Below, one piece after another: positions 35,120 through 43,128 of a stretch of 43,128 bases of DNA (positions are counted from its first letter, which is position 1; every line of letters begins with the position of its first letter). Under the pieces are notes generated by a model. That model saw only the letters and a list, made by a program, of their open reading frames with translations, did no database searches and had not been told where the DNA came from. Source of the DNA: a virus (Duplodnaviria; Caudoviricetes); IMG/VR virus record IMGVR_UViG_3300029286_000092, positions 1 to 43,128 of that record. One strand, written 5' to 3'. The position numbers were made by a program, and so were the translations under genes.

Positions 35120-36817
35120 CTATTTCACAGTTTCGAGTTCGGCAATTTTCTTTTCTATCCCTTCCTTTCGGCGCAGGTAAATGCCCTGCTGTTCGATCTC
35201 TACCTTGGCAGTGTCTTCCGGATAGAATTCCCTGGCAATGGAGATCAATGCTTTTGCCTCGCTCTCCATCTGCACGGGTGTGCCATTATCCAACTCTTTT
35301 TTCAGGAAATTACGGGCTACTTTTGCCTTTTGCCCAGTTGTGAGCTTTATTGCCGCAGGATATTTGAGCTTGTTCTCAATCCAGTTCCGCCCTTTTACTT
35401 TTCCAAAAATCTCGTTTTCGGTGTCTCCGTCCAGGCGTCCTAACATTAGCGTGTAAAGGGCTGTTTCCTCTGTAGGTGTTAAAGCATCCTCTTTTTTAAT
35501 ATATCCGTTTGCCTTTATGATGTCCTTCACGGCGAAATACGTTTTCTCAAATGCCAGCTCCCCGTTACGCTCGTCCTTTGCCTGTAACTCTTCCATCCGC
35601 TCCCTTGCATACATATCTTTACCACTTGCGGGACTGCTCCCTTTATCCTCTCTTATGCGTTCGTAATAGACTATCCTACCCTTGTCGTGCCCGGCCACCA
35701 TGAACCCTTTGGCGCACTTACAGGATGCAATTGTTTCGTTATACTCCTTAAGCTTATTTTCGTAATCCTCAAGTTCATCCTGATAATCTTTCAACGCCTC
35801 CTCTATTTCTCCATCTTCATAACCTTCCGAATCCGGAGCATCTGGTTTGTCGGGCGGTTCTATCTTCCTAAACCCGCCGGAGCAGCTTAGTTCAACGGCT
35901 TGTGTCCCCGATTTTATGAGGTTTTTCACAAACTTCTCTTCATCTTCATAGATATATCCCGGGTAACCTAAAACGATATCCGGTTCCTGCTCCTGTATGT
36001 GTGCGAGTTCTCGGTTGAATTGTACTACTTTTTTGTTGTTGAAACAGGAAATGTCGAGGCAAATTCCTGTTTTTGGCGCATCAAGGAACAGCAGCGTATC
36101 GCTGGATGTGTTCTTGGGGCATCCGTTGCACGCACCTGCTTTTCTGTCCAGGGTCAGGTCGTGAAGTTCAAATATGGCATCTGACAGTTTTAATGTGAAA
36201 TCCTGCTCGATCCATCGCTTCAGTTCCTTGATGGTGGGTGTATTCCACCATGAATCTTTGTAGTTGAAATGCTTCTCAAAAACAGCTTTTTGTACTTTCT
36301 GGCTGAGCTTGCATATTTCCTGTGCATGCCCCACTCCGATCAGGTCTTTGTCGAAGAGCATGCGGAAATCTTCGATCAGGTCGTTGAGCTTTAACCTCAT
36401 GCGGATAAATGCCTCTGGTTTCCCAAACCTGGCTGCCAGCATCTTGGTATCGTACCCCCTTTGGTTTACAAGCCCCTGGAATGCTTCTGCCTCTTCAAAA
36501 GGTGTAACATCCTTGCGCTGCAGGTTCTCGGTTATCATCAGATCTATGGCTTCGGCATCGGTGAGGTCGCGTGTGATCACCGGCACCTCTTCAAGCCCGG
36601 CTATCTTTGCCGCCCTGTACCTGCGTTCGCCGCATACCAGTTCGAGCAGCGCTGCTCCAGTTTTTGTGTTCGTCCTACAGATAAGCGGGGACAGGATGCC
36701 TACCTGTTTGATGCTTTCTGCCAGCTCGTTGAGGCTGTCCTCGTCAAAATGTTTGCGGGGGTTCAACCCGCTGATCTTGACCTGCTTTAATTTGTAATAA
36801 GTGATCTGTGTTGTCAT
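35120..36817 (-). CDS. ParB/Spo0J-family protein with extended C-terminus
   Basis: NPRKHFDE..L.ELAESIK.VGIL.P, VCGERRYRA, ENLQRKD..P.EEA; CNGC...C...C cluster. Confidence 0.9.
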   Translation of the reverse strand: MTTQITYYKLKQVKISGLNPRKHFDEDSLNELAESIKQVGILSPLICRTNTKTGAALLELVCGERRYRAAKIAGLEEVPVITRDLTDAEAIDLMITENLQRKDVTPFEEAEAFQGLVNQRGYDTKMLAARFGKPEAFIRMRLKLNDLIEDFRMLFDKDLIGVGHAQEICKLSQKVQKAVFEKHFNYKDSWWNTPTIKELKRWIEQDFTLKLSDAIFELHDLTLDRKAGACNGCPKNTSSDTLLFLDAPKTGICLDISCFNNKKVVQFNRELAHIQEQEPDIVLGYPGYIYEDEEKFVKNLIKSGTQAVELSCSGGFRKIEPPDKPDAPDSEGYEDGEIEEALKDYQDELEDYENKLKEYNETIASCKCAKGFMVAGHDKGRIVYYERIREDKGSSPASGKDMYARERMEELQAKDERNGELAFEKTYFAVKDIIKANGYIKKEDALTPTEETALYTLMLGRLDGDTENEIFGKVKGRNWIENKLKYPAAIKLTTGQKAKVARNFLKKELDNGTPVQMESEAKALISIAREFYPEDTAKVEIEQQGIYLRRKEGIEKKIAELETVK

Positions 36818-36861
36818 AAATATTAGTTTATGGTTTATGGTTTTCCCCTTTTCCCCCGGGT

Positions 36862-37027
36862 GGGGTGCTGTCTTTCCAGGCTGCCAGTCATTGTTATCCG
36901 ATTACTCCCAAGATTTCCCCCGTGAAAAGGATGGGTGCAAGAGATACGTCATTCAGGTTTTAAAGTGCTGAGTGTGCTGCATCGGATCGTATCGCCCCCG
37001 ACAAGGGCTCGTTATGAAAAGCACCCC
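36862..37027 (-). ncRNA. Candidate structured non-coding RNA (~166 nt)
   Basis: Closing stem GGGGUGCU/AGCACCCC, inner stems with G-U pairs on the minus strand, CUG-GAAAGA-CAG element; GC-rich island in an intergenic region. Confidence 0.45.
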
Positions 37028-37080
37028 TACCAATTTCTTATACATGATTTATTTTAATCAATTTTATTAGCCAACTTTTT

Positions 37081-37683
37081 TCAATTTCTTCTGTCCATTT
37101 TGGCGTTCATCTTGCCAAGACCATCGGTGATATCATGATAAACTCCGTCACCGGTATCAAAAGAAACCCTGTAATCAGTGGTTTCTGCCTCATCGAAAGG
37201 TATCTCCAACTGTTTGGATGCGCACTTTCCATTGAGGTAGCATTCTACCTCATACACTGCGGCATGTATGTCGGATGCCAGCTCGATAGCGAAAGCATAA
37301 TCGTCACCGGCATACTGTGTGAAAGGTGCCACGATGTTAAGTACCTTCCCGGAATTGAATGTGCGGTTACCGATCAGGGTAACACCCTCGCTTTCGTCAT
37401 TGCCACCGATGGAAAAACCGGTTACGGTATAGTTTTCAAGTTCCGGTATCTGGCAGTCGTCAATGTTTTCCTTGTCAATATACTCCGCTCCCCGCAGGTC
37501 GCATATCTTTATAAGGTGCTTTTTCAGGTTGTCAAATGCCTTTACCAGGTCGTCATGTGCCAGGGCGGCGCACTTTTTTGCCACTTCGTTGGTTACTTCT
37601 GACCCTCCTTCGGTAACCATCCGCTCTTCACCCTCTACGATAAGGGAGCGGTCTTTAATTTTTGCTTTTTTGATTTTTTGCAT
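37081..37683 (-). CDS. Hypothetical phage protein
   Basis: 200-aa ORF; IKKAKI..., HDDL..AF..LK.HL..IC, GVTLIG. Confidence 0.7.
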   Translation of the reverse strand: MQKIKKAKIKDRSLIVEGEERMVTEGGSEVTNEVAKKCAALAHDDLVKAFDNLKKHLIKICDLRGAEYIDKENIDDCQIPELENYTVTGFSIGGNDESEGVTLIGNRTFNSGKVLNIVAPFTQYAGDDYAFAIELASDIHAAVYEVECYLNGKCASKQLEIPFDEAETTDYRVSFDTGDGVYHDITDGLGKMNAKMDRRN

Positions 37684-37698
37684 GTTGTTTTGTTTTTA

Positions 37699-38358
37699 TT
37701 AAGCTGCTTGTTTATCGCTCATCAGCATCCACCACCTGAAAGCAAGGAAATTGTACTTATCAACTCCCGATTCGTAAAGTGGCGATTGCCTGTTGACGAA
37801 TACTTTGAATACTTTGAAATTTGTTTTGCTGATTCCTATCAGCACATCCTTGTCGGCCTTGTATCCCAGTTGCCGGGCAATATCCATGTACCAGGCACGC
37901 TGGCGGTCGTAGTCGAAGTATCTTATAGCCGCTTCAAACTGTGCCTGGGTAGTGGCCGCAGTGCTTTTAATGTCTCCGCCGAAGCCCAGGTTATCTTTGA
38001 AAAAGTCCCACTTGCAGCGAACCGGCAGGCTGAATTCTATCCCTTTAAAATCGAAATTCCTTTCAGTTACCATCACTGCCTGGGTTGCAGCACCGTGAAT
38101 CAACTGCCTGCACATTTCATCTGCCATAAAGGAGCGTTTCATCTGCTCGGCCCTTTCGAACCATTCATTCGGTACAACATTGCCGTCAATAGTTTTCCGG
38201 AAATAGTCAACCCTTCCGTTTTCGGTGATCACTGCATCAACCAGGTTCCCGAAGAGATACACCTGTGTTGGGTCGGGCATCTCTCGCGGGAACAGCATCA
38301 ACTTAAGCCAGGATAGGCTTGAGTTGCTTACTTCGTGACGGTCGTAATAGGTATCCAT
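37699..38358 (-). CDS. PD-(D/E)XK exonuclease-like protein (RecE/DUF3799-like)
   Basis: YYDRHEVSNSSL, FGNLVDA, RCKWD, GDIKST, YDRQRAWY; ATG at 38358 (TAATG coupling). Confidence 0.75.
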   Translation of the reverse strand: MDTYYDRHEVSNSSLSWLKLMLFPREMPDPTQVYLFGNLVDAVITENGRVDYFRKTIDGNVVPNEWFERAEQMKRSFMADEMCRQLIHGAATQAVMVTERNFDFKGIEFSLPVRCKWDFFKDNLGFGGDIKSTAATTQAQFEAAIRYFDYDRQRAWYMDIARQLGYKADKDVLIGISKTNFKVFKVFVNRQSPLYESGVDKYNFLAFRWWMLMSDKQAA

Positions 38359-39569
38359 TACTTTGCCTTGTAGGTGATCCTGTATTCGATCAGGTTCGAC
38401 TTGATCTCCTCGCCGGTAGCCACTGCCTGCTTTTCGCAGAATGCTTTCATGCGGGCCATGGTCATCTTCTCGATTTTGTCTTCCGGAAGGGATTTTCCTT
38501 CGCGTTCCCACCAGAACATAAAGATCAATTGATAGGCTGCCGTGTTCTTCAGTATGATTTCACATCCTTCTTTCACCTTGGGTGCCTCGGTAAAAAGTTC
38601 TGCCTGGGTGTTCACCGTTGCATCGAGCTTGGCAGCTTCTTCTTTAGCTTTTGAAGCTTCAGCTTCAGCTTTTACTTTTGCATCGGCATCGGCTTGCATC
38701 CTGGCCTGGTCTGCTTTTTTACGCATCTCAGCTTCTACCCTCAGCCTTTCCGCCTCGGCGGCTGATGAGTTGGCAATCGCTTCAAGCTCTGCTTTCTTGC
38801 TTGGTAGCTTGTCGATCAGCTCTTTGCGGAGCAGCACCACTTCGGCCCTGTATTGTTCGCTCAGTTCGGCAACAAGTTGCGGGTTGGTGCGTATAGATTC
38901 GGTTATCGCATCGGCTTCTCCCTTTGAGGTATAAATGCAATTAGGTGCCGGTGGCATGATGAGCAGCGATGGGTTTATCTTCTCGATTCCTGCAAACTGC
39001 TCATCGCCACGGTCAATGGTTTCGAGCGTCATGTTCTCAAGTATGTTCACCATCTTGGCTTTGAACTCGGCGGTGTATTTTGCAACTGCCTGCCTCAATG
39101 TGGTTTCGGCAAACGATTCTATCGAGATGCGTTCCTTTTCCTTTTCGAGCATTGCCTGTGCCTCGCGTTCGCGCTTTTTCTGTTCTGCAATTTTAACAGA
39201 TGCATACTCGTTGCGTTTGTTTTGCACCTGCTGGAAGATATTGCCTTTTCCTGCGGGGTCAATGTCAGCTTCGATGGTGGTGAACCGTTTTGTTACCTCA
39301 GTCATAAGCTGGGTGAATGGTTTGCGGCGCTCGTTGCAGGTTTTGTGCGTAAGCCTCAGTTTGTCGAGGTATTTGGACATGACCTGGTCAAGATGATCAT
39401 TCATCCCCTGCTCTGATTGCTGCAAGAGTTTATTGCCGTAATCAATAGCCTTGTCATGGCTATTCTTGTTTTCGGCCAGTATGTCCGGTGCCTGGTTCAC
39501 AATGTTTGCCAAAGCTGCGGTATCAATCACCGGCTGAAGTGCTGTGGTGTATGGTGTCTGGTCCTCCAT
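38358..39569 (-). CDS. Coiled-coil protein of the recombination module
   Basis: 403 aa, Ala/Glu/Lys-rich; coupled to both recT and the nuclease gene. Confidence 0.7.
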   Translation of the reverse strand: MEDQTPYTTALQPVIDTAALANIVNQAPDILAENKNSHDKAIDYGNKLLQQSEQGMNDHLDQVMSKYLDKLRLTHKTCNERRKPFTQLMTEVTKRFTTIEADIDPAGKGNIFQQVQNKRNEYASVKIAEQKKREREAQAMLEKEKERISIESFAETTLRQAVAKYTAEFKAKMVNILENMTLETIDRGDEQFAGIEKINPSLLIMPPAPNCIYTSKGEADAITESIRTNPQLVAELSEQYRAEVVLLRKELIDKLPSKKAELEAIANSSAAEAERLRVEAEMRKKADQARMQADADAKVKAEAEASKAKEEAAKLDATVNTQAELFTEAPKVKEGCEIILKNTAAYQLIFMFWWEREGKSLPEDKIEKMTMARMKAFCEKQAVATGEEIKSNLIEYRITYKAK

Positions 39570-40441
39570 TAGAATGTTTCGTTAGGGTTCAATTGAAATT
39601 TTACGGTGTCGGTATTCTCGGGGATAGGTTTTCCGAAACGTTCTGCGGATCCTTCAGGTTCGTCGGTATCAGGTTCGTCATCCATTGCCACGTTTTCGCC
39701 TACCCTGAGCTTCGTATAAGCCCGCATGGCGTGTTTTATGGTCTTGGCTTCGAGGAAGCCAGGGTCAACACCACCATTCTCTGATGTGTACAGGTTGTTT
39801 GCCTTAGCGTTTGGATAACGGGGTATGGAGAACTTTTTGAGCCTTTCAACGTCATCAACAAGCAGCCATTTGAAATCAAGGCTTCCGCCTGGCAGTTCGA
39901 TGCACACCCAGCAACCATAAATCTTGTTCGACTTTCGCGGGATGGCAGGTTTGTATTCGATGATCAGGTTACCCCGGCCATCGGTGGTGGGCTGGAAATG
40001 GTCTCCTTCGTAAAGCACGATAGGGTTCTTCATCCGGACGATCTGCCCTGCCATGATGCGCAGGTTCAGCTCGCCATATGCAGTGATTCGCAGATAGCAA
40101 AGGTTGGCATACACATCGTTGTTTTGCTGATCCCGCCCGATCTTGGTACTTCGGGATTCGAGGAAACATTCCGATTTGCTTCCCGGCTGGAGGCTTAACC
40201 CGTTCACGGCAAGCTCGATAAAAGCAGAATAGAGTGAAATCTTGGTGCAGCTTTTCAGCTTTTCGTCAGCCGAAACGGCTTTGCGCCAGTACATAGATTC
40301 GCGCTCAAAGATGGTGAACGCGTTAAGGTCATCAACCCTGTGGATTTTTGCATAGGTTGAAACCCATTGTGATTTGATTTTTTCATGTTCCGGTAATCGC
40401 ACCGGGTCCAGCTGTTCAAGCCAGTCAATCTGTGGTGTCAT
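39569..40441 (-). CDS. RecT-family single-strand annealing protein
   Basis: SLYSAFIELAVNGLSL, L.ITAYGEL.L....GQI, VLYEGDHF, KTIKHA. Confidence 0.78.
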   Translation of the reverse strand: MTPQIDWLEQLDPVRLPEHEKIKSQWVSTYAKIHRVDDLNAFTIFERESMYWRKAVSADEKLKSCTKISLYSAFIELAVNGLSLQPGSKSECFLESRSTKIGRDQQNNDVYANLCYLRITAYGELNLRIMAGQIVRMKNPIVLYEGDHFQPTTDGRGNLIIEYKPAIPRKSNKIYGCWVCIELPGGSLDFKWLLVDDVERLKKFSIPRYPNAKANNLYTSENGGVDPGFLEAKTIKHAMRAYTKLRVGENVAMDDEPDTDEPEGSAERFGKPIPENTDTVKFQLNPNETF

Positions 40442-40462
40442 AAAATTATGGTTTAATGGTTG

Positions 40463-40603
40463 TTAGTCTCTATCAAATTCGTCTTCATAAACTTCGATTT
40501 CCTTTCCTGACCCAAGAATTTTTACAAGCCATTTGTATCCTGAATTTTCAAGAAGTTCAATTCTTGTATATCCCTGGTAAGGTGTTTTAAGTGTGGCTGT
40601 CAT
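40463..40603 (-). CDS. Small hypothetical protein (46 aa, not in ORF track)
   Basis: Hand translation MTATLKTPYQGYTRIELLENSGYKWLVKILGSGKEIEVYEDEFDRD; ATGA overlap with the upstream gene. Confidence 0.6.
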   Translation of the reverse strand: MTATLKTPYQGYTRIELLENSGYKWLVKILGSGKEIEVYEDEFDRD

Positions 40604-40878
40604 AAAATTGGTTGTTTAAATGGTTTATAGACTTCTTTTGCTTTTCGTTCTGCTTCCCGTTCCTCAGCTGCCCAGTCCGCACACTCAGGGCATATATTGC
40701 CGTATTCGTAATCGTGAACCGTATTCACATCGTCTGCTTCGCAGAACTGGCATTTCGATTTTACGCACTCATCACAAAGGCCGTCTTCGTTTAATTCGGC
40801 ATACCATCCGCATTTAGCGCATGGAGTTGGAAGCGGGTCGTCGAAGCGAAATTGGTTAGCTATTTGCTCTTGTGTCAT
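40600..40878 (-). CDS. Cys-rich (Zn-binding) hypothetical protein
   Basis: Four CxxC pairs; likely ATG at 40878. Confidence 0.6.
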   Translation of the reverse strand: MTQEQIANQFRFDDPLPTPCAKCGWYAELNEDGLCDECVKSKCQFCEADDVNTVHDYEYGNICPECADWAAEEREAERKAKEVYKPFKQPIL

Positions 40879-40974
40879 ACGGCCGCGGTTTTTAATAGTT
40901 GTTGAAAGTTTCCCGGTCAGCCCATAGCAGGGCAAATTCTATCATCAGGAGGAAGCTTACAAAAAGGATCGCGC

Positions 40975-41277
40975 TTAACATGATACCCTTCCGTTTACGG
41001 TCTCCAACAGATATTTGTTGATCAACTTCTGCATTTCCATTTTTGGGGTAGGGATATAGTTGCCATCAAGCGTTTTGCACCTATCGGCCAGGTATTGATA
41101 AAGCTCCTGCAACTCAGCGTTGCACTCAAGTTCGTTAGCCGTGAACTTTTCTGTTAGGTCAGTGTAAAGCTCGCGGGCAGTTTTAGTGGATACCAGTTCG
41201 GTGTGTTTACGCAATGCGTCCACCGATCTGTTCGTGATTTCGTCAATGGTTGACAAGTAAAAAGGTTGTGGTTTCAT
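40975..41277 (-). CDS. Hypothetical protein
   Basis: Likely ATG at 41277 with an A/T-rich leader. Confidence 0.55.
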   Translation of the reverse strand: MKPQPFYLSTIDEITNRSVDALRKHTELVSTKTARELYTDLTEKFTANELECNAELQELYQYLADRCKTLDGNYIPTPKMEMQKLINKYLLETVNGRVSC

Positions 41278-41288
41278 AAAAATTGGTT

Positions 41289-41606
41289 TTAAGGTGTTTG
41301 CAATGATTTTTGTCTTTTCCATGTGCTTATGCGCTTATGCTTGAGCACGTTGGTTTCGAGCAGTTCCCGAAGGTCAAACTTGTAATCCTCCTCCCCTTCC
41401 CTGTCCAACGTGTGAATGAGGCCGGCACCAATGTACCTGTATAAGGTTCTCTTGTTTATGTTGAATATCTCGCAGGCTGTCTGTGTGCTTACCTGACGGC
41501 CTTCAAAGCGTGCAAAGGCAGATTCCCTTACGATGCCTTCCAGCGTGCTGCTGATGGCTTCCTGTAGGTCATCTGCGCTCATTTCAATAATCTGTTTAGT
41601 TTTCAT
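41289..41606 (-). CDS. Excisionase-like (HTH_17/MerR-type) DNA-binding protein
   Basis: STQTACEIFNINKRTLYRYIGAGLI...KFDLREL. Confidence 0.75.
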   Translation of the reverse strand: MKTKQIIEMSADDLQEAISSTLEGIVRESAFARFEGRQVSTQTACEIFNINKRTLYRYIGAGLIHTLDREGEEDYKFDLRELLETNVLKHKRISTWKRQKSLQTP

Positions 41607-42142
41607 AAGGCACAGGTATTTACAAGCCCCATGGACGTGGCTTTGTAGATGGCAGAGGCAATACCGTGGACGTTAAATTTATCACGTATTGCCCTTGCCT
41701 GGGTTTCGATGGTGAACACGCTGCGGTGGCGTGTGTTGGCGGTTTCTTTCATTGACTTGTCGTGGGCAACAGAGTTGAGCGTTGCCACCTCCGATGGGTT
41801 CAGCTTCACGTTACCTACCACTGCCACACTGCATAAGCCCTCAAACCCTTCATCCTTGCAGTGCCCACGGTTGCCGCAATGGCAATAATCGGATGTGCTG
41901 CCCGGGCGCATCATGTCAATAACATTATCGTTTCCGCCATACCTGCATATAAGGTATTCTTTGAGTATTTCACGGTCGGTTGCCAGCCCGCGTGCCTTTA
42001 TCCTGGACAGCACGGCAGGTTTCGACTGTAGTTCCTCCCAGAAACTTTGCAGCGTTCCCAGGTCGGTTTCGGCATAAGGGGTGATCACTGCTATGCGCAA
42101 TCCTTCCGAGACAGAGTAGTTCACTTCTATACCGCTGCACAT
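41603..42142 (-). CDS. LuxR-type HTH regulator with Cys-rich N-terminal region
   Basis: LNPSEVATL..VAHDKSMKETA....RS.FTIETQ...IRDKF.V; CRYG..D, YCHCGNRGHCKDEG..LC. Confidence 0.72.
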   Translation of the reverse strand: MCSGIEVNYSVSEGLRIAVITPYAETDLGTLQSFWEELQSKPAVLSRIKARGLATDREILKEYLICRYGGNDNVIDMMRPGSTSDYCHCGNRGHCKDEGFEGLCSVAVVGNVKLNPSEVATLNSVAHDKSMKETANTRHRSVFTIETQARAIRDKFNVHGIASAIYKATSMGLVNTCAL

Positions 42143-42396
42143 GGCTCCTGGATTTCAATTTCAGTCAACACTTCTGATGGCGATATGCCAAGCAGCCTGC
42201 TGATTACATCCACGGAACTCATTTTGGTAAGATGCCCGTTGGGGGTGTTCTCGCGGAGCAGCCGAAAGATTGATGTCCTGTGGAGTTTCAATATGACGGC
42301 AAGCAATGGCTTTATGTCCCTGCGGCCATTTATCCGCTCAATGACCTCTTGCCTGATGACCACATTTTTTACCTTGATTTGGGTATTGTCTGACAT
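42127..42396 (-). CDS. Cro-like HTH protein
   Basis: LAVILKLHRTSIFRLL...LT....VISRLLGI...EVL; near the start of the early operon. Confidence 0.6.
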   Translation of the reverse strand: MSDNTQIKVKNVVIRQEVIERINGRRDIKPLLAVILKLHRTSIFRLLRENTPNGHLTKMSSVDVISRLLGISPSEVLTEIEIQEPCAAV

Positions 42397-42440
42397 GTGA
42401 ATAATGTTTAATTTTGTTACTATGTTTAATTTATGAAATT

Positions 42441-42665
42441 ATGGGAACTTTGAAATTTAAAACGGGGGATTGTGTGAAAATGGAGTTGTCCGATGGCAGG
42501 GCACTTTTATTTATTGTAATTGGCTGCCTGGCTAACAATGTATTTGACCAGGCCACCGCGCACCGGACGGTAAGGTGTATGGGCAAAACCGACGGGGTTG
42601 TTTACGACCTTCCCGATCTTGCCCTTACCCCTGCAAACCCTAACGCGCTGGAGGAGGTGTTTTGA
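42441..42665 (+). CDS. Small antisense-oriented hypothetical protein
   Basis: ATG at 42441 (MGTLKFKTGDCVKM), TAATTTTG at 42409-42416. Confidence 0.5.
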   Translation: MGTLKFKTGDCVKMELSDGRALLFIVIGCLANNVFDQATAHRTVRCMGKTDGVVYDLPDLALTPANPNALEEVF

Positions 42666-42804
42666 TGAAGTTGTAAATCTCCTCTACCTCTTTGATCGTA
42701 ACCAAAGGCCCGGCACAATCACGCCTTTTGCCCCAGGCAATTTCAGCGGCTTTGATCCTGAGTTCCTGATCGGTTAAACCTGTTTTTAATGTTTCGTCTT
42801 TCAT
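42640..42804 (-). CDS. Small hypothetical protein (54 aa, not in ORF track)
   Basis: Hand translation MKDETLKTGLTDQELRIKAAEIAW...EVEEIYNFIKTPPPAR; first ORF after the promoter at 42858. Confidence 0.55.
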   Translation of the reverse strand: MKDETLKTGLTDQELRIKAAEIAWGKRRDCAGPLVTIKEVEEIYNFIKTPPPAR

Positions 42805-42857
42805 AATGCCGTTTTTGTTTAGTTTTGTTACTGTGTTTATTCGATGAATTGATGAAG

Positions 42858-42893
42858 CAAAGATAATACATAAAATTAAATAAAATTAAATAA
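42858..42893 (-). promoter_or_regulatory. Early leftward promoter with 10-bp tandem repeat (possible operator)
   Basis: caaagata (TATCTTTG) at 42858-42865; taaaattaaa twice at 42871-42890. Confidence 0.45.
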
Positions 42894-43128
42894 TGTTAAT
42901 TATTTCTACTTTTAGACTTTAAGAATCGTTGTTTTTGTAGTAACGGTTTATATCTCTTTTTCGGTTTTTATGCCTGATAATCATTTGTTCATGAAGGTTT
43001 ACAATGGTTGCTTCATCTGAAAACAGATGGGCTATTATCATTATCCGTGCATCGCGGACGCTTATCAATTCATATTCGGTTTTTTGTGCAATTCTCACAA
43101 TAAGCATATACAAACATGCCATCATGAC

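Larger units (their letters stand above)
1471..43128 (-). mobile_element. Siphovirus-like temperate phage/prophage of a Bacteroidetes host (boundaries not determined)
   Basis: Co-oriented, canonically ordered early, replication, terminase, portal, head, tail, tape measure, fibre and holin genes; TAnnTTTG promoter elements. No att site or integrase seen. Confidence 0.93.

Noticed and set aside
36840-37030. tRNA gene
   Set aside because: No T-loop GTTCRA or cloverleaf of tRNA size; kept only as an unknown structured RNA.
38359-38511. N-terminal extension of the 37699-38511 ORF as a second dual-coding case
   Set aside because: A TAATG-coupled ATG at 38358 gives the natural nuclease start; the extension is short and motif-free.
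42919-43125. 68-aa ORF as a repressor or real gene
   Set aside because: No recognisable motif and it lies at the window edge; cannot be supported.
1-43128. Stop-codon reassignment
   Set aside because: Core genes are full length in the standard code, and TAA, TAG and TGA all end genes.

Overview
Almost the whole window is a temperate, siphovirus-like phage/prophage of a Bacteroidetes host (inferred from TAnnTTTG promoters, a DUF4373-type replication gene and a lambda-E-type capsid). It is read almost entirely on the minus strand. From right to left: early regulators (HTH, LuxR, Xis-like), RecT/PD-(D/E)XK recombination genes, ParB, an SNF2 helicase, a replication initiator with iterons, DnaB, VRR-NUC, a stand-alone DnaA domain IV, terminase, portal, MuF, head, tail, fibres and holin. 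At the left edge is a convergent methyltransferase-Mrr-PKD fusion. No integrase, CI repressor or endolysin is recognisable. The most striking observation is a 370-aa intein in the helicase DExH motif (32047-33156) with no recognisable in-frame endonuclease; instead a complete 302-aa Zn-finger/NUMOD3/DUF559(Vsr-like) endonuclease is encoded inside it in the +1 frame, so about 900 nt are dual-coding. Other highlights are a MuF protein with an R-S-ExE ADP-ribosyltransferase facing an antisense ADP-ribosylglycohydrolase operon, a TTGTC-N5-GACAA palindrome at three late promoters, a candidate structured ncRNA upstream of parB, and a -1 frameshift tail chaperone. All family calls are by-eye motif recognition; no database searches were run.
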